Part shown: positions 49,100 through 57,258 of the stretch, piece by piece
How the letters are laid out: the number at the start of each line of letters is the position of its first letter
Numbering within the stretch: position 1 is the first letter of the stretch
Origin: a bacterium
GTDB taxonomy: Bacteria; Patescibacteriota; Minisyncoccia; JAUYLV01
DNA length: 64,000 nucleotides
Assembly (NCBI GenBank): GCA_030649025.1
Contig: JAUSGO010000031.1
Location: forward strand, 9,745 to 73,744
Direction of reading: 5' to 3'
Notes under the pieces: generated by a model
Seen by the model: only the letters and a program-made list of their open reading frames with translations
The model's database searches: none
Told to the model about the DNA's origin: nothing
Translations under genes and position numbers: made by a program

Positions 49100-49600
49100 T
49101 TATACGTGCTTATCCGCAACCGAGGAGGCTGCATAGGATTCCGGCTTGATCTTGACCGCAAAGCCGTTGCCTAAAATCATGCCTACGACTTCTTTGATCA
49201 TGTCTCGCGTAGCGCCGAACTGGCCAATATCCACATGCACTTCAAGCTGGCAGACGCCGCTTGTGAGATACCCGTTCAATGATTCTCCAACGCCCTGGGT
49301 AAGTTCTTGAGCCAAAGCCAGCGAAAGCGATGCTTCGTGATAGATGCGCTGCCGAAGCGAGGGCATACGATTCTGGCGCGTTCTTATCCAAAAATATCTG
49401 GCGCGCGCGCCAATGCGATGTACCACGATGACGCTTACAAAATCCGTCTCCTCGCGCGCTTCGGAGGAATCCGTTCCCACAATAAGTTTGTAGGCACGGG
49501 ACGGTTCTTCCTCAATAAACTCCGACACCTCTCTAATAACGCCCGGAAACGCCAGCTCTCCTTTGGTGGGACTTGTGAACACTGAAAGATCGGAAAACAT
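49100..49600 (-). CDS. RNase H-like YkuK-family protein
   Basis: IVGTDS, IVVHRIG, EASLS, EVHVDIG, KPESYAAS.VAD. Confidence 0.85.
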   Translation of the reverse strand: MFSDLSVFTSPTKGELAFPGVIREVSEFIEEEPSRAYKLIVGTDSSEAREETDFVSVIVVHRIGARARYFWIRTRQNRMPSLRQRIYHEASLSLALAQELTQGVGESLNGYLTSGVCQLEVHVDIGQFGATRDMIKEVVGMILGNGFAVKIKPESYAASSVADKHV

Positions 49601-49643
49601 GGCATTAGTATAGTGGAATGGGGATGATTAGACAAGATGGTCT

Positions 49644-50426
49644 TTAGGTGCGCCGGCGCGTAAAAAGCGACAAGATAAAAATCGCGACAAGCGTAATAAC
49701 CACCGCGGGGCCCGGTAGAACCTCAAAACGTTCCGCAAAGACAAGTCCTCCGATCATGGAGAGCACCGAGACGGTGGAAGCGCCAAGGAACATGATGCGC
49801 AGATTTGGCGTGAAATTTTTTGCGATCGCCGCAGGGAGCACGAGCACCGCCCCCATCAGCAGTACCCCCATAAATTGAATGCCCAGAGCTACCGCAATGG
49901 CAATGATAAGAAAAAACAGCAAGCGCGTACGCTCAAGCGCAATGCCACTCGCGTGCGCCAGCTCCGCAGAGAGCGTAAGGAGCGCAAACTTCCGCGCCAA
50001 AAGCCATGTTGCAATCGTGACGAGTATGCCTCCGCAAAGGGATAATAGAGCGGATGAGCGCGTGAGCTTCGTGATATCTCCAAAAAGGGATTCGAGAAGA
50101 TGCTCTTCCGGAATGAGCAAGAGCCCTACTGCCAGCGCAACCATGAAAATAACACCCAGCGCGGTTTCCGGAGCTATGTTGTGGCGGGTTTCGAGCCTGA
50201 CAATAAGCAGAACCCCGAGTATAAGCATGAGGAGCCCGCCGAGCGAAGGGGAAACGCCGAACAGAAGCCCCAGCGCAATGCCCGGGAGGGCCACATGCGA
50301 AAATGCGTCCGCCACAAGCGCCATGCGCCGCAAAATCATAAAAACACCAAGAAACGAGGCGCCCACGGCGACCGAAATCGCGGCGGCAAGAACCAATGGT
50401 GAGGTTGGAGGAAGAAATTCTGGCAC
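49644..50426 (-). CDS. Zn/Mn ABC transporter permease
   Basis: RRMALVADAFSHVALPG; ABC-3 membrane pattern. Confidence 0.9.
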   Translation of the reverse strand: MPEFLPPTSPLVLAAAISVAVGASFLGVFMILRRMALVADAFSHVALPGIALGLLFGVSPSLGGLLMLILGVLLIVRLETRHNIAPETALGVIFMVALAVGLLLIPEEHLLESLFGDITKLTRSSALLSLCGGILVTIATWLLARKFALLTLSAELAHASGIALERTRLLFFLIIAIAVALGIQFMGVLLMGAVLVLPAAIAKNFTPNLRIMFLGASTVSVLSMIGGLVFAERFEVLPGPAVVITLVAIFILSLFTRRRT

Positions 50427-50429
50427 GCA

Positions 50430-50511
50430 TAAAGCTTATAGCTGATAGCTTATAGCTTATAGAGATTTTGATGGCACCTATAAGCTATAACCTAAAAACT
50501 AAAAGCTGTGC
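50430..50511. repeat. Heptamer-array palindrome, family B (AGCTTAT/ATAAGCT)
   Basis: (AGCTTAT)n ... (ATAAGCT)n; similar copies at 13253-13347, 59464-59543 and 60025-60108. Confidence 0.75.
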
Positions 50512-51219
50512 TTAGTGTTTATGCTCATACAGCTGTATGTTTTGTCCGTACAGGCGCTTCAACTGGTCTTCGGTAAGCACGTCTTTTGGAGCTCCGGAAC
50601 ACAGGAGATTCCGGTTAAGGCACAGCACGTGATCCACAAACGTATAAAGAATATTGATATCATGTGAAATAAAAAATACCGACAGGTGGTATTCCTGGGC
50701 AAGATGTTTTACGAGATTATAGATGGTCGCTTCGCCGGCAAGATCAATGCCGCTGGTCGGCTCGTCAAAAAGCAGAACCTCCGGTTTTCCCATGAGCGCA
50801 TAAGCGATAAGGAGGCGCTGAAGTTCACCTCCGGACATCTCGCCGATGCTCCGGTTTTCCAGATGCCCAGCCTGCACATGTGCGAGCATGTCTTTGATGT
50901 CCCGAGAAAGTTCCTCCGACGGAAACCAAAAACCCTTCGAACCGCGCAATAAAAGAAGCTCTTTTCCCGTTAAGGGAAGCGATTTGTCGAAATCCAGTCT
51001 TTGGGGCACATAACCGATGCGCGCCTTTTTGTGCCATATGATCTCTCCTCTGTATGGGATGAGCCCGAGTATCGCGCGAAAAAGCGTCGTCTTGCCGGCG
51101 CCATTCGGACCGATGATGCCGAACACCTCTCCCTCCTCAACCGAAAAAGAGATATTCTCCAAAACCGTTTCTTTGCCGAATCGGACGGAGAGATTTTTTA
51201 CTTCAAGAATGATGGACAT
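50512..51219 (-). CDS. Zn/Mn ABC transporter ATPase
   Basis: GPNGAGKT, GYVPQ, MSGGE, LLFDEP, C-terminal His residues. Confidence 0.92.
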   Translation of the reverse strand: MSIILEVKNLSVRFGKETVLENISFSVEEGEVFGIIGPNGAGKTTLFRAILGLIPYRGEIIWHKKARIGYVPQRLDFDKSLPLTGKELLLLRGSKGFWFPSEELSRDIKDMLAHVQAGHLENRSIGEMSGGELQRLLIAYALMGKPEVLLFDEPTSGIDLAGEATIYNLVKHLAQEYHLSVFFISHDINILYTFVDHVLCLNRNLLCSGAPKDVLTEDQLKRLYGQNIQLYEHKH

Positions 51220-51240
51220 GTCTGGAGTATACCATTACTC

Positions 51241-51350
51241 ATGCAAAAATTAAAATTCAAAAATCAAAGTTAAGGAGTGAAAGTTTTTCTTGTAAAAAAA
51301 CTCTCACGATATTCAAAAATTTTGCATTTTGAGTTTTGCATTTTGAATTT
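51241..51350. repeat. Heptamer-array palindrome, family A (inverted orientation)
   Basis: The core GGAGTGAAAGTTTTTC..CTCACGATATTC is the reverse complement of the 16151 and 55926 cores. Confidence 0.8.
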
Positions 51351-52620
51351 ACCCTGGGAGACTGTTCGTACGAGCAATCTCTGCGTACACATCCGCCGAT
51401 GGCCGTTTTTTGCGCTCAAGGGTTTTACGGTCCACTTCAAAAAGCCCGAACCTCGGCCAAAATCCCTTGTCCCATTCGAAATTATCCAGAAGCGACCAGT
51501 AAAAATATCCCCGTACATCCACGCCTTCTTGAATGGCTTTGTGCACCCACTCCAGATGCTCTCTAATGAACCGTGCGCGCTTTTTATCTCCGGCATCGGC
51601 AATACCATTCTCGGTAATATAGACGGGCTTATGAGGGGCGCTAAGCTTTTTAAGAAGATGATATATGCCTTCGGGATAAATTTCCCATCCCATGTCCGAA
51701 ACAGCACGATTCTCATTGCGCACCGAGAAAGGAAATTTTACCCTTGAATGAAAATAGTAGTGGAGATCTAGAAAATCATGCGTATCCCCCGTAAGGCCAA
51801 AAAAATAGTCGTTTGACCAAAATCCAAAAAACCGCGCCGCCGCACGGTCAAGAAGCGAGGTGCTGTGCGGCTCCGTATATATAAGTATATTCCCAAAACC
51901 AACGCGAACGGACGGAAAAAGCCCATGCAGTATATTATAGGCTTCCCGGTGCGCGCGTGCGAGATTTTTTGCGGCACGATACGCCGCCACAACACTACGC
52001 TTTTGCGGCGGCCAAACCCCCCTAAGGTAGCCGTTCAAAAGTACGGATGTCGGCTCGTTCAATGTTATCCAGAATTGAACAAGATCTCCCAGAGATCCTC
52101 CAACCTTCTTTGCATATCGGGCGAAGTATTCCGGAAACCTATCATCCTCAACGCCGCCACGCCGGGAAATCCATACGGGCAGAGTCCAGTGCCACAAGGT
52201 GGTAAGTGGCTCCAGTCCGCGCTGGCGAAGCGCCCTTAATACCTTTCGATAATGTTCTATCTCTTTTTCGTCAAACACGCCCTCGCTCGGCTCAATGCGA
52301 GACCATTCGATAGAAAAGCGATGCGCGTTATGGCCCAGGGATTTAGCCAAGTCAAAATCCTCGGCATACCGCTCATAGTGACCGCAGGATGAACCGGACA
52401 CATAATTCTCGGCAGAAAACGCCTCCGGGGGAAGAGAAATCGCCGGGAGTCCGGAGGCGAGCCCCGCTTCCCGCACCGCACGCTTTTCGGCCTCGCGAGC
52501 AAGACGTCCGCCGTTCTTTTTCTCCCATTCCGTCCAATCGTTATGCATGCCACCCTCCACCTGATGAGCGCTGGTTGTGGCACCCCATAAGAAATTTTTT
52601 GGAAATTCTTTCGGAAACAT
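51349..52620 (-). CDS. Glycoside hydrolase family 1
   Basis: FLWGATTSAHQVEG, TLNEP, YITENG, WSLLDNFEW..RFGL. Confidence 0.95.
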   Translation of the reverse strand: MFPKEFPKNFLWGATTSAHQVEGGMHNDWTEWEKKNGGRLAREAEKRAVREAGLASGLPAISLPPEAFSAENYVSGSSCGHYERYAEDFDLAKSLGHNAHRFSIEWSRIEPSEGVFDEKEIEHYRKVLRALRQRGLEPLTTLWHWTLPVWISRRGGVEDDRFPEYFARYAKKVGGSLGDLVQFWITLNEPTSVLLNGYLRGVWPPQKRSVVAAYRAAKNLARAHREAYNILHGLFPSVRVGFGNILIYTEPHSTSLLDRAAARFFGFWSNDYFFGLTGDTHDFLDLHYYFHSRVKFPFSVRNENRAVSDMGWEIYPEGIYHLLKKLSAPHKPVYITENGIADAGDKKRARFIREHLEWVHKAIQEGVDVRGYFYWSLLDNFEWDKGFWPRFGLFEVDRKTLERKKRPSADVYAEIARTNSLPG

Positions 52621-52658
52621 GTACACAAGTATAGCATCCTATCTGCAAATCCGCATCA

Positions 52659-52777
52659 CCCCGTTAGAAGTCGCAAACGCTCTTGCCCCGCTAGAGATAA
52701 TCCCGCCTTTGGCGGATGCCGGTTCCCCCGGAATCGGATCTCTAACGGGGTGAATCAGCGTCCTACTTCTAACGGGG
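52659..52777. repeat. Nested CCCCGTTAGA...TCTAACGGGG palindromic elements
   Basis: Outer element 52659-52777 (flanked by TCA/TCA); inner element 52686-52750 containing a CCGCC/GGCGG mini-palindrome. Confidence 0.8.
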
Positions 52778-52784
52778 TCATACA

Positions 52785-52819
52785 AAAATGCCCCTTGCAG
52801 CATTGCAAGGGGCATTTTT
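52785..52819 (-). terminator. Terminator of the pilin genes
   Basis: AAAAATGCCCCTTGCA/TGCAAGGGGCATTTTT. Confidence 0.8.
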
Positions 52820-52826
52820 CTCTAAA

Positions 52827-53429
52827 TCAAGAACGGATGCAATAGATCGTATCATTGGCAGCGCTTCCGCAATCGCGCGTCGGACAAGAATAGGTTGACG
52901 GCGCGCTGAACGTGCAGGTGACGGATGAAGCTCCCCCTATCCATCCTCCCCCGCCCTGCGAGCCGATGTTTCCGTCCTCGTCATTTACAAACCCCGCTTT
53001 CATGCTTGACGGCAATTCGAAAAATGACGTACGCAACAGCCATTGCTTGGGTTGAAGAGGCAATTCGGTATAGTATTCGTAACGCGAAGAGGCGGAACAG
53101 GATGCTCCCGCATCCTGCGGATCGCGAGGAAGCTGGGCAAGATAGCCGGAAAGTTGAGCCGCAAGGCCGCAGTATCCTTGAGGATCGGAATTCGGATAAC
53201 GCTTCTTGTCCTTGAAATATTGCTCAAGGGAAATGCGCACCTGATTAAGGTCGGCGAGCCTTCGTGCGTCTCTGGCCCTTTGGCGCGCCGAGAATATTGC
53301 TACCGTAACGATAGAAAGCAGAAGCGCCATAATGCCAACTACCACGAGCATTTCGACGAGCGTAAACCCCCTCACTAATCGGGGATTGGCGCAAAGTTTT
53401 TTGATGACATTAATTCTTCCCTTCATCAT
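52827..53429 (-). CDS. Type IV pilin / GspG-like prepilin (5' end reshaped by an inserted element)
   Basis: GFTLVEML N-methylation motif; ARQRARDARR; LPRDP. Confidence 0.88.
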   Translation of the reverse strand: MMKGRINVIKKLCANPRLVRGFTLVEMLVVVGIMALLLSIVTVAIFSARQRARDARRLADLNQVRISLEQYFKDKKRYPNSDPQGYCGLAAQLSGYLAQLPRDPQDAGASCSASSRYEYYTELPLQPKQWLLRTSFFELPSSMKAGFVNDEDGNIGSQGGGGWIGGASSVTCTFSAPSTYSCPTRDCGSAANDTIYCIRS

Positions 53430-53497
53430 ATTTTAGCGAGTTTCGGAAAATTTGTGAGATCTAGCGCCGAAGGCACAATCCCCGATTAGTGTGGGGG
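53367..53497 (-). mobile_element. 131-bp hairpin element inserted in the prepilin G-F-T codons
   Basis: CCCCCACACTAATCGGGGATTG / CAATCCCCGATTAGTGAGGGGG ends with TTCA/TTTA flanks; GFT is duplicated 135 nt apart in frame. Confidence 0.8.
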
Positions 53498-53620
53498 TGA
53501 ATCCTTTTTTGATCTGCTGTATGCGCAACATCATAACATTACCGACCCCATCTCTTCTTTTAAAATTTCAAGAGTGGGGTCGGAATGAACGAAACAAGAA
53601 TTTTTGGTTCTTTCTGGGAC

Positions 53621-54196
53621 CTAGGCACCTACGCAATAGGCAATGCCGTTGGCTCCGCCGGAATCCGTACAATCGTAACCATTGTTCGCCGCGTACCCGC
53701 CGGTTGCACTGTCATTGTCGTTGCCCAAAGATGCATTTGTGCTTTCTTCGATCGTTGCGGTCAGAATATAGTGAAGACATGTGTCCGCTGCTGCATCGCA
53801 ATTTAGCGGAGATGCCGCACTATCGCCTGGAATATAGCCATAGATATACGTTGCGCCTCCTGTTGGATCGCTCGGCAGTCCGCCTATATACGTGGGAACG
53901 AGAGCTCCGATGCCTGTCGATGCGGTTCCTATGAAAGCAGTATTTGCCTGTGCCTTTGTGTACAAAGCTCCTGATGCTTGCGCAAAGTATGGATACTCTT
54001 GACTGGCATCAAAATATAATTCCAGCGCAAGCTGTATCTGGCGAAGGTCGCCCACACGACGCGAGTCGCGGGCTTTGCGGCGCGCCGAGGACAGCGACAC
54101 CAGCACGATAGATGCGAGTAATCCGATAATAGCGATAACCACGAGGAGCTCAATAAGAGTGAACCCATGCATGGCTTTTCTGAATTTTTGTATCAT
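53621..54196 (-). CDS. Type IV pilin / GspG-like prepilin (probable major pilin)
   Basis: GFTLIELLVVIAIIGLL; ARRKARDSRR; LPSDP; C-terminal Cys pairs. Confidence 0.9.
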   Translation of the reverse strand: MIQKFRKAMHGFTLIELLVVIAIIGLLASIVLVSLSSARRKARDSRRVGDLRQIQLALELYFDASQEYPYFAQASGALYTKAQANTAFIGTASTGIGALVPTYIGGLPSDPTGGATYIYGYIPGDSAASPLNCDAAADTCLHYILTATIEESTNASLGNDNDSATGGYAANNGYDCTDSGGANGIAYCVGA

Positions 54197-54399
54197 AGCG
54201 GCTTATTAACAAGTTAACGAATTTTTGGTTAACCGGTTAAAAAGAAATTAAAGCTAAATGTTAATATAATATAACAAAACTGACATTGCTCCGGAAGGCG
54301 TTAAGAGTAAATATTCGACCTTTTACCCTAAAGTCAGCCGAAACAGCATGTTTACATTATCTCACGTTTTTTTCTTAAGGAAAAGCGCGATTATCCACA

Positions 54400-54706
54400 C
54401 CCCTACACCTTTTAAGCCCGGACGATGCTGCTTCGTATACGGCGTTTGAGCTGGCCCCAGGCTTTCCCATTGCGCTTCATCTGCTTCTCTCTTCGGGCAG
54501 CATCGTCCTGATCACCATATGCTTCGTAATATGCCAAAGTGAATGGTCTGCGAGGTTTTGTTGATTGCACAAGCCCGCGCTGATGTTCTGCAAATCTTTT
54601 CCGCAAATCACCGGTGAAGCCTAGATAGAGTTTATGATCGTGTTTACTTTTCAGAATATAGAAATAGTGCATGATTTGCAGAACATAGGCTTGAAAGGTG
54701 TGGGGG
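54400..54706 (-). mobile_element. 307-bp element with 19-bp inverted ends and a CACA target duplication, carrying a GIY-YIG gene
   Basis: CCCCTACACCTTTTAAGCC / GGCTTGAAAGGTGTGGGGG ends; CACA at 54396-99 and 54707-10. Confidence 0.8.
54412..54672 (-). CDS. Small GIY-YIG nuclease
   Basis: MHYFYIL..LYLGFT.DLRKR..EH..YYEAY..DAARREK. Confidence 0.88.
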   Translation of the reverse strand: MHYFYILKSKHDHKLYLGFTGDLRKRFAEHQRGLVQSTKPRRPFTLAYYEAYGDQDDAARREKQMKRNGKAWGQLKRRIRSSIVRA

Positions 54707-54716
54707 CACAGCCTAT

Positions 54717-55925
54717 CTAGCCGGCCGTTGAGACGCTGTTATAGATGGGGAGCAAAATGGACAAAACGAGCACCAAAACCCCGCCGCCCAGAACCAAGAT
54801 GACCAGCGGCTCGATGAGGGTAGTGAGATTCTCCGTCATGCTGTCAACTTCACGCGCGTAGAACCGCGAAAGGCTCGCCAGAATACTATCGAGCTTCCCC
54901 GACCGCTCTCCCACGGAGATCATCTGCGAAACCATAAGCGGCATGTGCGGCGACTTCTGGAACACCGAACTTATCGTATTGCCCGCTTTCACTTCCTCCA
55001 TGCTCTTTTTTATCAGCGCGACGTATACCTCGTTACCGACCACGCGGGAGGTGACGTCGAGCGCCTTGATAATGGGAAGCCCGCCTTTGATGAGCGTGGA
55101 GAGATTTTCTGAAATTCTCGAGATATAAAGTTTGGTGAACATGTCCCCCAAAACCGGAAATTTAAGAAGAAGCCTGTCCGTGATGGCTTTACCTTGCGGC
55201 GTTTGCACCACCCAGCGTCCTGCAAAAAATAGCGCTCCCGCGATAAGCGGAAGCGTGAACCACCAATGCTGAAAGAAGGAACTTGCGGCAATGAGTATTT
55301 TTGTGGGAAGGGGCAGCTCCGTTCCGAGCTCCGTCAGTACGGAGGTGAGCTTTGGGATAACGAAGATCATGAGGAAAATGGTTATCAGGATGAAAACAAT
55401 GATAATCACCGCAGGATACATGAGCGCCCCGCGGACCTTCTGCATGAGCGCATATTCCTTCTCTTCGTGATTGGCGAGATAATCAAGGGATTCCTGCAGT
55501 CTTCCCGACACTTCTCCGGATTCCACCATGCTCACATAATACTTGGAGAAGATCTTCGGATACTTGGCAAGCGTCTGGGAGAAAGCAGTTCCGGCATCCA
55601 CTTCTTCGGCCATCGCGCCCAGCACGCTTCGGAAGTATTCATTATCCGTCTGCACCCCGAGCGTCCGCAGACTTTCCACCAAGGGAACGGTTGCTTCAAA
55701 AAGCGTGGCAAGCTGCCGCGAAAAGATAACGATATCCTTGTTTTTGACACTCTGAAAAAGCTTCGAGAGCGAACTCAAGAATTTGGAGTGCTGTACCTGC
55801 TCCAGGGAGACAACTACCAGATTATTGCGATGAAGCAGGTCTAGCGCGGCATCCTGCGTTGCGGCTTCAACCATGCCGTTTTGCGTCTCTCCGTTTTTTG
55901 TTCTGGCGGTATAACTGAACTGCAT
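54717..55925 (-). CDS. pilC: Type IV pilus inner-membrane platform protein
   Basis: FSRQLATL, GEVSGRL, ALMYP, GERSGKL, EP. Confidence 0.92.
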   Translation of the reverse strand: MQFSYTARTKNGETQNGMVEAATQDAALDLLHRNNLVVVSLEQVQHSKFLSSLSKLFQSVKNKDIVIFSRQLATLFEATVPLVESLRTLGVQTDNEYFRSVLGAMAEEVDAGTAFSQTLAKYPKIFSKYYVSMVESGEVSGRLQESLDYLANHEEKEYALMQKVRGALMYPAVIIIVFILITIFLMIFVIPKLTSVLTELGTELPLPTKILIAASSFFQHWWFTLPLIAGALFFAGRWVVQTPQGKAITDRLLLKFPVLGDMFTKLYISRISENLSTLIKGGLPIIKALDVTSRVVGNEVYVALIKKSMEEVKAGNTISSVFQKSPHMPLMVSQMISVGERSGKLDSILASLSRFYAREVDSMTENLTTLIEPLVILVLGGGVLVLVLSILLPIYNSVSTAG

Positions 55926-56043
55926 TAAAGAAATTCAAAATGCAAAACTCAAAATGCAAAATTTAGGAATATCGTGAAAGTTTTTCTTCAAAAAACTTTC
56001 ACTCCAAAATTTTGATTTTTGATTTTTGATTTTGCTTAAATCA
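55926..56043. repeat. Heptamer-array palindrome, family A
   Basis: (CAAAATG)n, GGAATATCGTGAAAGTTTTTCTTCAAAAAACTTTCACTCC core, (TTTTGAT)n. Confidence 0.8.
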
Positions 56044-57120
56044 TCATTTCAACGATGATTTGAGCATCATATGAAGCTCTTGCGGATTTTGGGAATACGC
56101 TTCGGCGTCTTCGAAGGCAATGGCGCCCGTGTGCACCAGCGTTGACAAAGACTTGTTAAGCGAGATCATGCCTTCGTCGGCGCTCGTCTCAATGACCAGA
56201 TCAAGCTGATGGGTCTTTCCCTCGCGGATGAGCGTGCGTATCGCCGAATTTGCCACCATAAGCTCGACCGCGGGTATCACTCCCCCTCCGATACGGGGAA
56301 TGAGGCGCTGGGAAATAATGCCCAGCAAAGAACTGGAAAGCTGTGACTTTATCTGTCCTTGGGCTTGCGGCGGAAACGAGTCGATGATGCGGTCAATGGT
56401 TTGCGCCGCGGAATTCGTATGGAGGGTGGAAAAAATGAGATGCCCTGTTTCGGCAGCCGTGACCGCGGCCGCGATGGTTTCGGGGTCCCGCATTTCTCCT
56501 ATCATCACCACGTCGGCGTCCTGGCGGAACACACTGCGCAACGCCCGGTGAAATGACAGCGAATCGTGATAAACTTCGCGCTGGTCAATAATCGCCCTAT
56601 CGGGAGAAAAAATGTACTCTATGGGATCCTCGATGGTAATGATGTGGTCTGCCCGCGTATGGTTTATTTCATCTATAATAGCCGCCAGCGTCGTGGATTT
56701 GCCATGTCCGGTGGGACCGGCCACCAGCACGAATCCCTGAGAAGGTTTTACGAATTCACGCACGATGGGAGGAAGCGACAGCTCCTCCATGGTCCGAATC
56801 TTCGTGGGAATAAGCCGCATGGCTACCGACAAAAACCCGCGCTGAAAAAAAACATTCACGCGGAAGCGCGCCTTTTCTTTGTAGTCGAACGACATGTCCA
56901 TTTCCTTGTCGCGCGCAAGCTGTTCCGACTGCTCTTTGGAGAGCATGATGCCTACAATACCGCGCGTGTACTCGGCGGTTGAAAAATCTTTCTTGCTGAT
57001 GGCATACAACACCCCGTCGATACGAAGCGAGGGGTGGCGGCCCACCGTCAAATGCAGATCCGATGCATTCTGTTTTATCACGGTGCTTAGAAGATCGTCG
57101 AGTTCAAGTTCGTAGTTCAT
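56044..57120 (-). CDS. pilT: Twitching motility retraction ATPase
   Basis: ASDLHL, GPTGHGKST, TIEDPIE, GEMRD, AETGHL, AIRTLIRE. Confidence 0.93.
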   Translation of the reverse strand: MNYELELDDLLSTVIKQNASDLHLTVGRHPSLRIDGVLYAISKKDFSTAEYTRGIVGIMLSKEQSEQLARDKEMDMSFDYKEKARFRVNVFFQRGFLSVAMRLIPTKIRTMEELSLPPIVREFVKPSQGFVLVAGPTGHGKSTTLAAIIDEINHTRADHIITIEDPIEYIFSPDRAIIDQREVYHDSLSFHRALRSVFRQDADVVMIGEMRDPETIAAAVTAAETGHLIFSTLHTNSAAQTIDRIIDSFPPQAQGQIKSQLSSSLLGIISQRLIPRIGGGVIPAVELMVANSAIRTLIREGKTHQLDLVIETSADEGMISLNKSLSTLVHTGAIAFEDAEAYSQNPQELHMMLKSSLK

Positions 57121-57234
57121 CCCGTTAGAGGCAGGTCGCGGTCTTCTGGGACCGAACTGCCTGATAAATAGTAAGAATTCATTAAAAAGTTTACTTCATT
57201 TAAATCCTCGCTAGCGACCGCGGCCTCTAACGGG
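57121..57234. repeat. CCCGTTAGAGGC...GCCTCTAACGGG palindromic element abutting the pilT start
   Basis: 12-bp perfect inverted ends; same family as 52659-52777. Confidence 0.8.
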
Positions 57235-57258
57235 ATTCGTACCATTGTTCATTTCAGC

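Noticed and set aside
51270-51747. Overlapping ORFs 51270..51716 and 51277..51747 and similar shadow ORFs throughout the window
   Set aside because: They are antisense or alternate-frame ORFs of well-supported genes, partly made of repeat translation (QNSKCKI), with no motifs.
54391-54399. Replication origin
   Set aside because: A single perfect DnaA box, no box cluster, no dnaA/dnaN, and no switch in gene strand.
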